A stretch of 64,000 nt of DNA from Eledone cirrhosa (Eukaryota): assembly GCA_964016885.1 (NCBI GenBank), contig OZ024743.1, positions 351,292,001 through 351,356,000 of the forward strand, given 5' to 3'. Below the pieces are notes generated by a model, which made no database searches, was not told where the DNA came from, and was given only the letters and a program-made list of their open reading frames with translations. The position numbers and the translations under genes were made by a program. This document shows, piece by piece, positions 19,768 to 34,468 of this stretch (its first letter is position 1; each line of letters begins with the position of its first letter).

Positions 19768-22224
19768 GATAGATAGATAGATAAGTCTGTTATGTTACTA
19801 TAAATCACAGGGTCTAAGCTGCCATAAATACAGACATAGGTATACATATATATGAGCGGTAACGTGTGAGTTTATACCTCTGTAACTGTTTATACATATT
19901 TACGTAATGCTTCGGCATTTGAATTTTACCTTACTTACACGCTTCTTTTAAACCTACTCGTGTGTATTTCTTATCTACAAATACACATTTTTCGTTTTGT
20001 TTAACACTTACACCATATCCTTTACCTAGGTTCACTCTATAGTAAGCACTAGGACCAGACCCCGTTTCCCAGATTTCAACCCGCTCATATTATTTTCTTT
20101 ACAGACATTAATCTACGGGTGTTATAAGAGTGAATATTAACTACACCAATCTCACCAAACTGTGAGAACCGGCAATGATGACGATCATTTCTACTCCCTC
20201 AATTAATTCGTGCAGGATCATTATAAGGTCTCTTGTGCAATTTTAAATTTGCATAGCTTTATTTCTATATATGGTAAAATTAATTTATGGAAAGAATAAG
20301 TGAAACATTTCAACATAGACATCGTCATTTCGAAACAACCAGTGATGTAATTCGTGAATCATATTATTTATCCTAGTCCCCAAATTATCTATCAAACTAG
20401 GTTTAGTTGAATATATGTTCCCATAAAACAAAATTATATTAACAACTATAATTAACTTTTTGCTCAACCACGGTGAAGATTCAGAGCAAATTTATTTCTA
20501 TCTAATCTAGAATTAAAATTATAAAAATCAAAAATGTGTCCGTGGTTTGTCCCTACTTTCTTAGCGAAATCTTTCCCTGTATCGTTTTAGGACAATGTGA
20601 TCTTTTTATTCGTTGACTTGTTCCTCAATACTGGAGAGGCCCAGTCTCGAGTAATTTTTAGTTTAAAGCCAACATTATTAAGACAGTGTTATTTGTAATT
20701 TGTTTTTTAAATTATATGAATTATATAAATGATACAGCTGTAGTACTGGAATGAATAAGATTTCAATGTTTTGAAGCCATCCCAGTAATCGAAGCCTATC
20801 AATGTCTTTCGTTTTTTTACTTTATGGTACTTGAATCCTCGTAATATTTTGTATGGTTCATGAATATTATAGAGTCCAACAGTACCCTAGACGAGATCAA
20901 GCAAATGTAAAGAACAGAAGAATGATGGCACCTCGATATCTGCAGAAAACATCTCTGAGGACCCAAGAGCTCATCTTGCAAGCCATATCATCTATATTCT
21001 TATATGGATTCTCCATCATAGATAGTTGTTGACATTTATATGTCTGGCTTTGTTAGACGCCATGAAATGATCTTATGTGGGAAGAGAATGTTTGTTTATG
21101 CACATCCTCTTTTCTAAACTAGATGATAATCTTTTCCTTGTTTAACGCATCATTGTTTTGCTTCGTCCTTTGAATTACAGTATGTAAGTCAGATTGAAGT
21201 TTTATCCGGTTAGATAGTCCGTTGCTAACTTTCTGAAACTTAGGGTTGTCCGCAAACGTATATATTTTCTTGTGTTGATGACATTTGTGATATCGCTGGT
21301 GTAAATCGACGGTAAATTGTCGGAGTCGTTAGGGCGTCGGAAAGAATGCTTTATGTTGTTTGTTCCAACTGTCTGTACTCACAGTTCAAATCCCAACGAG
21401 GTCAAGTTTTCTTTTCACACTTTCGATGCCGATAATTAAACTACCAATTCAGGATGGTAGATTGAAGGCATTGTTAACCCGTCAGATGAAATGCCTTGTG
21501 ATATATGTCCCAACTCTCGTTTTGAGTTCAAATCCTATCACAGGAGAAGCGAACCTGAAGATGGACCTTTTTCCTTCTTTGATGTAAATGAAGACATAAG
21601 TCCATTTCAGTAAACTGAGGATTAACACTGACAATTTTTGTTGGCTTTTGAGTGGGTTCCGACGATCATGTGTTGGATTCTGCTTACTTGAAAGTATTTA
21701 ATCTAGTATCTTTGCACACATTCTAATGTTGAATAGTTTTTTCTTGTTCTTTTTTCAGGTGCAGTGTTTAAAAATGTTGTAGCCATCAAAGATGTTGTTA
21801 AATTTATTCTGTTTTCCGTTATAGCTACAGATATTTCAAAATGGTGTTTACATGATACGATGTCTGTTAGTTCGCCTCAGTTGCGTATAAGATGGCACAG
21901 CACCTACGTATCGATATCGGTTGATTGCATCTTTCGCACTTGATCAAAAGAAATGATACTGAGACTCTTTTGATTCACCGTATTTGCAATGTATTTAGCG
22001 ATCATTACTTGTTAACCGGAAACATTATTTTAACTTCCGGTTGGTAACGTGTTCTGTGATGTAAAACCCGTTTTCTTTCATCTAGTTCCCTGTATCATTT
22101 GCATTCTTCCTACTTTTATTCCAACCAGCATTTATATCTGTCTGTCTAGAAACCTATTTTTTTGGTTAACTCTCTCTCCCTCACTCACTCTCCCTTTCTC
22201 TCTGTATACATGTGTGTATATATG

Positions 22225-22308
<84 letters not shown>

Positions 22309-22388
22309 GTAAACAGAAATAACAACGCAATCGGTACAGTATATGGAAGTGATATATTAGGTTAACGCTTGATATAGCAGGAAGAGGG

Positions 22389-22424
22389 TCTTAACGTTTC
22401 GGACGCTAGTCCTTCATCAGAAGA
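22389..22424 (-). ncRNA. Minimal type I hammerhead ribozyme motif (Penelope-like element type)
   Basis: Minus strand UCUU-CUGAUGA-A-GGAC(UAGC)GUCC-GAAACGUU-AAGA: catalytic core, stem II, palindromic stem III and 4-bp stem I. Confidence 0.6.
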
Positions 22425-22631
22425 AAGAATGAGAAATAAGATAGATTGAGGGACGGGCGGGTTGGAATTGGAAAAAATGTCTTTAGATAAAAATAACAGG
22501 TCCATTCATGTTGACATCTCTTGCAAAGCTGTTGGTGCTGGCATTTTGTGTATGATTTATTTTTTTAGAAAAGTGGATGATGGAAAAAAAAAAACTTTGT
22601 AAAAAGAGCTATACTTGTGCACGTGCGTAAG

Positions 22632-22704
<73 letters not shown>

Positions 22705-23041
22705 ATACGTACGAAGCTAAGAAGAAATGTGCGTGTATATGTGAGTAAAAGAGTGTGTGTGCATGTAAGTACGAAGCTATGAGCAGAAGTATGTTAATAT
22801 AAAGGTGTGTATGTGTGTATACAGATCAGTGAAGGGAAAAGTGGAGTGACCATATATAGTCGGCCTGTATTAGTTGTAAGAAAATATGTTAATGATCAAG
22901 AGATAGGAAGCTAGAGGTGTGATAATGGACGAGGTATTAGAGAAATTCGGGAGGTGAGTTGAGTCCAAGAGAGGAATAGGACCCAAGGCGGTGAATCAGA
23001 CTTTGTTCAGTCCTGGTGCGCGAAGCCTGTGATCCATGATC

Positions 23042-23110
<69 letters not shown>

Positions 23111-23340
23111 GAAGTTTGCTTGAAGCATTCGGGGATATGAAAAATGGTCGTTTCTGGAAGCCTCTACAATGCAGATGAATAAATCTTTGGGTGATAAAAT
23201 CAGATTTTCATTTCATTTTACATTTATTTCATCCCGTCCTCTTTTATTCCCTTCCTACTGCCACCTAATTTTGTTACCCGAAGATTTATCCTTTTGCATT
23301 GTAGAGGCTTCCAAAAACGACCATATATATATATATATGT

Positions 23341-23742
23341 CAACTCTGGATGTCGGTGAGCATGTCCAGCTAACCTCAGTCTCCTCTGTGTCACTTTTGA
23401 GCTGACTCTTGGGAGGCTCCCGTACAGCTCTCAGTTTTACATCCTCAGTGTATACTGATTAATGTTCAGAGCCATCCTCAGCGTTCTCGTGTAGCACCCA
23501 TCCACCATCTGAGTGAGTTTCTTGGTCAGTGTCCAAGTCTCAGACCCGTACAGCAGCACAGATTCCACTACAGCATGGACACACTGGAAGAGGAAGACTG
23601 AGGTTAACATATGTTGATGCCCTAAGGGCGGACACTGGTCTCTTGGAGACGCAGGACATGGCAGTGATAATGAGGGACACAGACCGCTGGAGAGAACTCG
23701 TCCATGGATCTCGGGATTTTACCCGCCCTAGATAGATAGATA
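23341..23742 (+). mobile_element. RTE-type LINE 3' fragment with inverted 5' part and (TAGA)n tail
   Basis: Plus-strand C-terminus RLTYVDALRADTG..RWRELV ends in TAGATAGATA; the adjacent minus-strand piece encodes AVVESVLLYGSETW; second copy at 50846-51057. Confidence 0.6.
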
Positions 23743-24724
23743 CATATATGAAGGCTGCTCACCTCGTTATCGACTATGGCCATTGCACGATATAACATTA
23801 TTAATAATCATCAATTAATGCTATCGTGCAATGCCTATGCGTAAAGATTTTTTAAAGTGAGAAATGACTGTGCACTGAGCCAATCCAACTCTCTCAGTGA
23901 CAATAGCTATAACACGAAAAGAAGAAAAGATCAACATTATCGGTACTGAACCGCAGGTTTTATGTCGGAGTTATCCCAGTTTCCTGAGTTGCCTTCTCAT
24001 AGAAGAATGCCGTGACAAAGGCTAGGGGTCCTTCACTCCCAGTAGTTTAACCACGCGATCGGGTATCTAGCCCGATTATTTCTATGTCCACGCGTATATA
24101 CATGCATACATATATATACATATATACATATACACATATATATACATATGTATATACATATTTACACATTTTCGGATAACCGTTGATTCATGAGTTTTTC
24201 CGCCCTTTGTCAGGTTTTGTTTTTTGTCCTACAGGGTGTCCAAAATCACCCTCCTCATCAAGTAAACTTCGTTGTATACATCCATACATCCATACATACA
24301 TACACGTATGTATGTAGATATTTAAACACTCACGCATATATATAAACACATATACATACATATATATATATATATTTACTTATATATATTAATACATGAG
24401 ATTAGCTGAGCATTAAATAAACTACCAGTTTCATAGCCTTTGTTGACAAATGCACGTATCATCCATTATCAGAATTTATATATGCACTTTGTCATCACTA
24501 ATCTTTTGTCTTAAATAGATCTGTAAAATATCCAGGACAGTTGTACTTCCGGTGCTTATATGTTCCAAAATTATAACAAATCTGTCCCTTTAAAAAATAG
24601 ATTGTGGGATATGTGTATAGATCAATGAGCTTATATAACTTATATAATGTATAAAATATATGTTATGCATTGTATGTTTACATATCGACGGTTAATTCTT
24701 TCGTAATGCGAAACCACACTCATG

Positions 24725-24793
<69 letters not shown>

Positions 24794-24911
24794 AAAAAGC
24801 GATGAAATCGAAAATGCAACTGGAGTCTTATTTTTTTTCATCTTTTTTTCTTTATACTTTCACTCGTGTAGGACACCTCGGTTATTTTTCATTTTGTAAA
24901 AAAAACCTCAC

Positions 24912-24969
<58 letters not shown>

Positions 24970-25276
24970 CAAGGAGACAACAAATAGAAGTACAAAAAGT
25001 CTTATCAGTTTCACGCTTTATATTGGAAAGAGGAAAAAAATCCCTTCATCAGGAGTACTAATAGAGAAAGGATCACAATGGAGAAACAGAGGGAGAAAGA
25101 GAGAGAGAGAGAGAGGGAGAGAGAGGGGGGAGAAAGAAAGAGAGAAAGACAGAGAGAGAGTGTGTGGTGCTGATACCGGGGAGATCATTAATCATGGGAA
25201 TACTCAATACATGGAGAGATGCAGAGTGGGTATAAAGATATGTAACTGCCAAGCGATTTCGGTATTTTACATCTGC

Positions 25277-25330
<54 letters not shown>

Positions 25331-25332
25331 GG

Positions 25333-25389
<57 letters not shown>

Positions 25390-27689
25390 GAATGGGAGGG
25401 AAAGGAGGAGAGGGAGAATTATTACACTAATCATGGTGCCATTTAGCTACAATTGTTTCTCTGTCCGTCTGTTTCAGATTTTCAATGAGATAACCCCCGG
25501 TTAGTCAACCTATATTGAGTTCATTTTGTAATGGTTGTCTCAAACATTACAAAATGGAGTAGGATGCACAAAATATAACACTACACTATTTATAGATGCG
25601 CATAGATATGTGTGAGAGAGAAGGAGAGAGAGAAAAAGAGATAGTCAAAATTGTATTATTTTCACAGAACGCTATCCCAAGGTTCGAATTGTCGCTTTCG
25701 GTGTAGTAAATTGTGATCATACAGCTTTGAATAGAAATTATTCTAATTTACCTTGGGCACGAATTCTTTGTCTCTACTAACCTTTGTTGATTTATTTTCC
25801 CCTCTGTTATTATATTTCTACTAATATTTTCATCAGATTATTTCTTATATTTCTGTTCTAGTTTCTATATCTTCATAATTTCATATTTATCTTCAATTGA
25901 AATATCATTCAATCCACGCAAAATATTTTGGGGTATCTAATCGTTTGGAGATGTATCATTGCTGATGGCATCAATTAGCATATCTTGTTTGTATTAAAGG
26001 TGTTTCGGGGGAAGAGAGACAGAGAAAGTCTTACTAACAAGAAATACAATCATAAAATTTTGGTGAAATAAACGGATGTTTAAAATACAAGATATAAAAT
26101 TGCTTTAAGGAAAAATAATAGGAAAAAAATTATAAAAATAAGAAAATAGTAAGGAATTTAATTAATCAAATTTAGAATTCAATCATATTAGACAAATTTA
26201 GAATATAGAAGAAAGGTGTTATAGAAAATAGCGAGTATGATCTCTATATGTGTGTGTGTATTCGTATATTCTTTAACTGGTTTCATTTATTGAACTGAAA
26301 GAATGAAAGACAAAATCGACCTCGATAGGATTTGACACCCAGATTCAGATTCACCTTCTGGTCATATGGCCTTTAAAAGTTTAAAACTTTAAAACAATTT
26401 AAATATAATATACAGTGACTTCCAGCCCTTTTCTGTCCGTTTACCTCCGTGGCGACATTTCGAAAGTAAATTTTCCCTTCACACAGAAAATGGGATTCAC
26501 AATAGAATGATTTAAAGACCTATTACCCAACACTTTTGAATAAAAAATACATTATGGGTTTTGGATTTCAAAGCTAAATTCTCTGTATGAAAGTTCGACT
26601 TGATGGGTTGCACCATAATCTAGAAAAAACGGATATTCAATTACAAACATTTTCACAAGACTAACAACTTTCTACTATTCAGTTAACTAACCGTTCAGGC
26701 TCTTAGGGACACATAAATGAAATACCCGGTACATTATCACGAAGAAATAACCAACTCCGTGTGGAAAGATTATTTCTACTTCTAAACTAAAAACATAGTG
26801 AATATTTCTAATTAAATCACGATATAACACACACGCCTACAGCAGACGCTTTGAGGGCTTGGCTGAGAAGCATAAAGCTATGTTAATGTTTTCTTTGTTT
26901 CGTTCTGTTTTGTTTTTGTTGTCTTTTTTGTGGGAGGGGGGGGGGGTAAGTGTTATTCTCTGAGTTATGTTCAAAACGGCAGAAGGAAAACAAATTAGAA
27001 TTTTAAGAAACAAAATAGACCTAATTCCAATTTTCAGCTTCAGATTGTTTTTAATTATATTTGAAACAGATTATGTATAAATCCACAATCACCAAATTCC
27101 TCCTCTGATTAGATGAAATTTACATACTAAGGTTAAAATTACCCCCAAGCTGGGAACCACTCTTCTAATATATCAAAACATTTTAATAATCCTTTGATAC
27201 TTGTATACCTATGTGATTGGGAACAATTTGATATACATCTTATATGAATTGTTTCAATAACTGACTGACTTGTAGTTATTTTTCACTTTCAAGTTTTCCG
27301 ACTCAGAGAAAGAAAACAGTCGGAACCAATGCAACAATACAACAAAACAACAATTAAGAGCTCAAACTTACATTGCAAGACATTGATTATAAAATATTAC
27401 TGAACGTTTTTCAACTAATCAGTGTTATACCATTAATATGTGGCATATTCATGTTTTTCATTTATCTGAAAATATATGAATATAAAAGTCTCTAATCTTT
27501 GACTTTCACAATTTCTCTATAAATCTTGTGATGTTATCTTCCTAGACGCCAACCCAGAACGTGAAACATGTAGGGTGGAGACGTTTGACTATTTTCAATG
27601 TAGTCAGTTTCTCCCGACTTCCTTTCTTCGTAGTTTCACTTTAGAACTGTTTTCAATATTTTATTAAATATATGACAACAGGCTTTATG

Positions 27690-27845
27690 GCATAGAGTTA
27701 CGACCATTTACGATCTGAATTCAAATCGTGCCTAGGTAAGCTTTGTCTTCCATCCTTACGGGGGCGATAAAGTAAAGTACCAATAATGTACTGTAGCCGA
27801 TTTAATCGACTTTCCCTTTCCCAAAAATTGTTGGCCTTGTGTCTC
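27690..27845 (+). mobile_element. tRNA-derived SINE (octopus-type), diverged
   Basis: TTCAAAT B-box-like motif then tttg.cttccatccttacgggg.cgataaa.taaagtacc, as in the other copies. Confidence 0.6.
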
Positions 27846-28554
27846 AACTAATTCTATTTGGTCTTTTTCATCTCTTCCTATATATTGTTTTTTTTTTGTA
27901 TTTTCTTTTTTTATTTGTCTAATGCTGTTCTAGATGTTTCTCTACCAATGTTCATGTAAGTTGCTGTTAGCTGGTGTTTGGTCTCTGTAGTTCTTCTTTA
28001 GTTTGTTTTGCTTTATATGGAGCATTAACAGGCGAAAGATCTACATTTCGGCGCCATCGCAACCCCATTCGCGAGCTTGCTTTTATGTTTTCCTCCACAG
28101 ATCTCAACAATGTCTTAACATGTTTGGTTTGCCTCCTTCTGGTTCTCATTAATTTCCCCGTGGAATTAATGCGCAACAGACACGTGTACTCTTAACTTAG
28201 TACTCAGGGAGATTCAGCGTTACTAGGATGACCCTTTATACAACACTTATAATTCGTTTCTCCAGCTGAGTGAACTGCGGTAACGAGAAAAAAGTATTTT
28301 GGTTAAGGACACACCATTGTAAGCCAAAACCCCTAACGAGTAAGCCACACACCGCCACTGTAGTCTCTTTGCACACCTCTCTTCAGAAAATTGGTCATAC
28401 GCATAAATAATCGATTCATTTCTATTAACACAAATTTCGCAAAAGACATCATTCACTTGCTGACGTCATCAAACTATGCACAAGGTTTATATTAAATTAA
28501 GTGTGTCGTTCTTTTTTTTACACGTGATCTGTATACTTGCCTATGTGTGCATCA

Positions 28555-28613
<59 letters not shown>

Positions 28614-28635
28614 GTATATACATATATGCATATAC

Positions 28636-28671
<36 letters not shown>

Positions 28672-28678
28672 ATATATG

Positions 28679-28765
<87 letters not shown>

Positions 28766-29006
28766 ATATAAATACATACTCATGCATACACACACACACT
28801 ATATATATATATATATGTGTGTGTATGTATGTGTGTGTATGTGTGTATAAGTGTAGGTGAGAAGATTTATGCTTAGGTACACGTATGTATTAATTGAGAT
28901 TGAGCACATGTCATTGTGTATGTTCATAAATATATTTTGCTCGTACACTGCACAAGAATGCAATTCATACACTTATAATTCCATAGATATATTTCTTTAT
29001 TATTCC

Positions 29007-29045
<39 letters not shown>
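29007..29045 (+). repeat. (GATA)n microsatellite at the start of array 2
   Basis: Directly visible. Confidence 0.95.
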
Positions 29046-30006
29046 TGTTTCTTTTATTTGCCACCAGTACAATGGGGGGAGTTTACAAAACAAGGCGTCC
29101 TCAATAAGGATGAGGCAATAACAATATATAAAAATAAAATAAAATATAACAAAAAATAAAATTTATAACAAAGTCCTCAATAGAGAGGAGGCGCCTTGGG
29201 GGGTCGCACACACCCCCGAAAAAAAGTGTGCAACCCTTTTCCTCAGGAGCACAAAGAAGGGTGCTCCCTTGGTCTTTCATCTTCCTCACCTACAGTCTAA
29301 TGTAGAGTGAAGGCCCATTCACACGGGCCATTCTCGCCACTTTCACCCATCTTTCATTAAAACGGCTGGGGTGCAGCACCTCTCTCTCCTTCCTGATCCT
29401 TCTTCCGAAATGATATCGGAAGAAACGGACCAGTTGTTGGCCAGAGAGAAAGGTGTCTAACCTCAGTCCTTTCAGACGCGTCCACCATACAACCTCTTTC
29501 GCCATGGCTATTACGCACAGAAACACCGCCTCTTCTTCGTTTTTGAAGAGGGGAGGCGGCTTGATCGTTACAATAGACTCGGTGGTCAACCGGATCGGTC
29601 CCACCCTTGAAAGCAGTTGTTCGACATAGCCCCACAGATCGGCAATGCCCGAGCAGTGTACCAATGCGTGTGCAACGGTTTCCTCGTCGCACACGCATCT
29701 GGGACAGATCTTTTTCGAGGGGTCCCTACCCGGGCGCCCGTGTCTGTAGAGCCTTTCTCGAACGGGCAGAGCCCTTCTGTAGCATTGCCAGGCCAGGGAC
29801 CTTTGGAAGTTATCCATGGGTCCCGGGCTGAATGTCCTACTGAACAGGTTGGCCAGTTCGTCTTCCTCCATGCCTAGGGCTTCTCCGAGGGCGTCGTCGC
29901 ACCTGCTAACCACCAGCCCTCTATAGAGTGACGAGGTGGATTCTCCACTGACAGCCGGGTCCACCTGCCAGAGAGCCGTGAGCGCCTGGGCACACTCGGT
30001 GTGCCA
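29046..30006 (-). mobile_element. Tx1-type retrotransposon, copy 6 (A-like), 5'-truncated to about 960 bp
   Basis: ORF2 C-terminus (29290-29964) plus 3'UTR; truncation abuts GATA at 30007-30027. Confidence 0.92.
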
Positions 30007-30027
30007 AGATAGATAGATAGATAGATA

Positions 30028-30320
30028 ACTTTCTTTTTATTTGCCACCAGGGCATCAAAAAGTCGGACAAGTACAATGGGGGGAGTTTACATAAAAAGGC
30101 GTCCTCAATAAGGAGGAGGCAATAACAAGATATAAAAAATAAAATATAAAATATAACCAAAATAAATTTAATAATAAAATCCTCAATAGAGAGGAGGCGC
30201 CTTGGGGGGGGAGGGCACACACCCCCGAAAAAAGTGCGCAACCCTTCTCCTCATGAGCACAGAGAGGGGGTGCTCCCTTGATCTTTCATCTTCTTCACCT
30301 ATAGTCTGATGTAGAGTGAA
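30028..30320 (-). mobile_element. Tx1-type retrotransposon, copy 7 (A-like), 3'UTR-only fragment
   Basis: 3'UTR homologous to copy 2 plus the last ORF2 codons; flanked by GATA. Confidence 0.9.
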
Positions 30321-30339
30321 TTCCATAGATAGATAGATA

Positions 30340-30771
30340 TGTTTCTTTATTAGCCACAGGGGCACAAAAGAAGGGGACAAATACAAAGGGGGAAGTTTAC
30401 ATACAATAAAAACGTGTAAAATATTATCACAAATGCAATTTAAAAATTAGTCGATTTTCCCCAATAGGGGGAGACAGTTCATATGGGTAACACATACCCC
30501 CGAAAAAATGTGCAACCCTCATCTCCAAGAGTACGAAGAGTTTGTACTCCTTTCCTCTCCTCCTCCTTTTCCTCAACCTACAGGCTGATATAGAGAGAAG
30601 GCCCATTCACTCGGGCCATTCTCACCACTTTCACCCACCTTCATAAAACTTGCTGGGGTACAGCACCTCTCTCTCCATCCTGATTCTTCTTCCAAAGTAG
30701 TATTTGAAAAAAAAAAAAAAGAATCAGTTGTTGGCCGGAGAGAAACGTGTCTGACCTCAGCCCTTTCAACC
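30340..30771 (-). mobile_element. Tx1-type retrotransposon, copy 8 (divergent subfamily), 5'-truncated
   Basis: RLKGLRSDTFLSGQQL ORF2 tail and a diverged 3'UTR with the same hairpins; flanked by GATA. Confidence 0.85.
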
Positions 30772-31002
30772 TTATAGATAGATAGATTTCTTTATATACC
30801 ATAAAGGCATAAAAAGAAGGGACAAATACAAAGAGGGAGTTTACATACAATCGAGTAAAAAGGGTATAAAATGAAAATAATCGAAAACAACCTCAAAGGA
30901 GGGGGGGACGTGATGGGGGTTGCACACACCCCCGAAAAAGTGTGCAATCATTTGCCCGGGGAGCACATGGAGAAGGTGCTCCCCTCTCCTTTACTTCTTT
31001 AC

Positions 31003-34000
31003 CTACAGGATGGTATACAGAGAAGGCCCATTTACACGAGCCATTCTCGCCACTATCACCCACCTTTCATAAAACTGCCTGTGGCCAAGCACCTCTCTCT
31101 CCATTCTTATCCTTCTTCCGAAGTGATATCGGAAGAAGTAGACCAGACTATGGCCAGAGAGGAAGTTGCCTGACCTCAGACCTTTCAATCGTGTCCACCA
31201 AACAACCTCTTTCAACATGGCTATTACGCACAGAAAAACCGCCTTTGCTTCCTTTGTGAAGAGGGGAGGCGGTTTGATTGTCATCACGGACTCGGCGGTC
31301 AATTGAATCGGCGCCACCCGCGACAGCAGTCGTTCGGCGTAGCCCCACAGATTAGCCACGCCCAGACATTGCACCAATGCGTGCGCAACGGTTTCTTCGT
31401 GACGCACGCATCTAGGGAAAATCTTTTTCGAGGGATCCCTGCCCGGGCGCCCGTGTCTGTAGAGCCTCTCTCGAACGGGTAGCGCCCCCGGTAGCACTGC
31501 CAGGCTAGTGACTTCTGGAAGTTGTCCATTGGTCCCGGGTCGAAAGTCCTACCGAACAGGCTGACCAGTTCGTCCTCTTCCATGTCCAGCGACTCTCCAA
31601 GGGTGTTATCGCCCCTGCTAGCAACCAGCCCTCTATAGAATGATGAGGTGGATTCTCCACCGATGGCCTGGCCCGCTTGCCAGAGAGCCCTGAGCGCCTG
31701 AGCACACTCAGTGTGCCAGTCTCCCAGTTTTCCGGATCTTTGCTTGACCCAGGACTGCAGCTCGGTGAGCGAGACGAGTCTCGGAAAGGCTCGTTTCACG
31801 AACGGAGCCCACACCGGTTGACCAGTGAGGAATACCTGTAGGTGCCGTAGCCTTAATGCGTGCCTACGCATCATCAACCACGGCATCCCCAGCCCTCCTT
31901 TCGAAGGTTGTTGGCAGCAGATGGATCTTCTCACCATAGGAGGGCGCTTCTTCCAAAGAAATTGGAAGAGCATGCGTTCCATGGTGGTGAGTGTTTCCTT
32001 AGGGCAAGGCACGACAGTCAGGCGGTAGTAAGTGACGGACGCTATGTAAATGTTCGCCACCTCCGCCCGGCCTTTTAGGGACAGCTTACACTTGGCCCAT
32101 TTCTGGGTTAGTGCAAACACCTTGTTCGTAACCTCGTCCCAGTTCTTTTCCACCTGGAGGTCCGGTCCAAACCAGACCCCAAGCAACTTTACCGGGCCCT
32201 CCGTCCAGTGTCCGACGACACCGTCAGGAGGCATCGTTCTGCCTCTCCACGTTCCGAGTTGCAGCCCGATGGATTTTTCCCGGTTCAGTTTCGCTCCTGA
32301 CAACCTTTCGTACTCCTCCAGTAAGGTACCGATCGCCTCGATCTCCGAGTCGGTCGATACCATTACTGTTACGTCATCGGCGTAGGCCGACACCGCTTTG
32401 CTCAATCCTGGTTCCAGGGGGATACCCTGCAACAACTCTAACTTCCTCAGTAAAGGCTCGAGAGTCAATACGTACAGAAGGGAGGAGAGAGGGCACCCTT
32501 GTCGAATGGATCGTGTGATTTCGAACGGCTTCGAAAGGTAGCCGTTCACCTTGATCCTAGAACAGATGTGGTTGCTATGTAAGGCAGTGATCCAGCCTCT
32601 GAAAACAGGACCGAACCCAGCCGCCGCTAGCACCGCATCCAGGTAACCATGGTCGACCCTATCGAAGGCCTTAGACTGATCCAAGTTGATCAGGGCCCCA
32701 CCGAAGCCGGGTTTGTTGCCAACTCTCTCTATGATGTATCGCATGAGGTGGAGGTTATCGTGAATGGACCTGGATGGGATAGCACATGTCTGCGCATCTC
32801 CCACCAGGCTACCCACGACAAGCACCAACCTCTTTGCTAACACCTTGGCCAAAATCTTTAACTCTGTGTTTAGCAGGGTTATGGGCCGAAAATTATTTAT
32901 ACTATCCCCCTTGTTCTCGTCCTTCCTCACCAGCGAGACTACACCCTTGGCTACAGAACTAGGAATTCTCCCGTTCTGCTGCCAATTGCAGTAGACCGCT
33001 TCGAGGAGTACGGAGAAGACCGGCATTGCTAAATAAAGTTCGTAAGGTATACCATCGAGACCTGGAGATTTGCGTCTGCTGCATTGGCTCAACGCATCTC
33101 CGATCTCATCAGCCGAGATTGGTCCCTCGCAGGACTCTGCCTCTTCGCTCGAGAGACGCGGCAGGCCGTCGAGGTATGGACCGAAATCCACGTCCCCGCC
33201 CGGACCCTCGCCTCCCCCGAATAATCGGGCAAAGTGCCTTCGAAAGGCCTCGCACATCTGCTTAGGCTCCCGGATCACCCGTCCATCCTCGTCTTGCAAC
33301 GACCGGATGGTGGATCGATTTCCACTCTTAGCTTCTGTCACGCGGGCCCAGCCAACGGCTTTGGCCCCCTCATTACCTAGAGCACGTATTTTACTTCGAA
33401 TGACGCAGCCTTCGTGCTTTGCATCGAAAAACTGGTTCAAGGCCGTCCTCGATGCCAGCACTCTGGCCACATCTTCGCTCTTGATTGCCTCTTTTAATTT
33501 ACCTGTTAATTCTTTCTCGTTTCTATTCCTATCGGCAGCTAACATCTTGCTATAACTTATTGATTCTGTTCTAATCTCTCTTTTGAGAGATGCCCACCAT
33601 CGGTTGTTGACGATTGCACCCGTCAACCTCTCCTTAACTAATCTGCTAATCCGGTTTCTGTAAGTCTCTTTTGCCGGTAAAGACAAATTAAGTTTCCAGT
33701 AACCGGGACCCTGTCTATGTGTTTTCTCGAGATTGACTACGCAGGTCACTAATTTGTGATCAGTATAGCCAACCGTTCGCATTTCTGGACAGCTTAATAT
33801 GTCCCTATCCTTACTTCTAACTAAGAATCTATCTAATTACGATCTAGATTGACCACTGTGGTTTCTCCAAGTCCAGGTAGGCACAGTTGGAAAATCTAGT
33901 CGATATCTATCGACCAAGTTAAAACGGTCGAGTAACCCCTTGAGGCTGTTACACCCCCCTCTATTAGGACATGCTCCTGCATAGTCCCAACGTGCATCTA

Positions 34001-34435
34001 GGATGTCATTCCAATCCCCCGCTAGAAGCAGGGAACGCGACGTTCCCAGAAAAGTCTCCAAACGCTGGAAGAAGTCGGGCCGTTCAGCTCCGAAAGGGGA
34101 GTAGACGGCGACCAGTCTCAAGGCCGCACCTTCACTACTGCCAACGTCTAGCACCAACAAACGACTCTCCGGGTCCGAGTGAACAACCTGTACGGCAAGA
34201 CCCAGGTGTTTTTGCAGCAGTACGACAACCCCACCCCCACCTCCAGGTTGACAGAGAGATGCATGCACCTCAAAGTCATCGAAGGTAGGGGCCAGCTGCC
34301 GCACGACGCTGATCCGAGTCTCACAGATAACCATTACATTTATACCACATGACCTGAGGTCATTTAGAAGCTTTGCTTGCTTCCAAGTTGAGCCCAGGCC
34401 ACGTGCATCAAACATCCTACTCTTAACACATCCAT
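31003..34435 (-). pseudogene. ORF2 (APE-RT) of copy 9 with frameshifts near 34410 and 31490 and a premature stop at 33837
   Basis: Pieces 33837-34415, 31299-33782 and 31003-31497 are near-identical to copy 3 ORF2. Confidence 0.88.
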
Positions 34436-34468
34436 GTGGGCGGCAGAGCCAAAGGAGAGTGTAGAGAT

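Noticed and set aside
1736-19783. Repeat-spacer pattern as a CRISPR-like or telomeric array
   Set aside because: The spacers are retrotransposon copies, the repeat is not TTAGGG, and the context is interstitial eukaryotic DNA
21735-21900. Strong splice-acceptor-like site (TTTTTCAG at 21758)
   Set aside because: No convincing donor or coding frame found; could be a UTR exon but is unsupported
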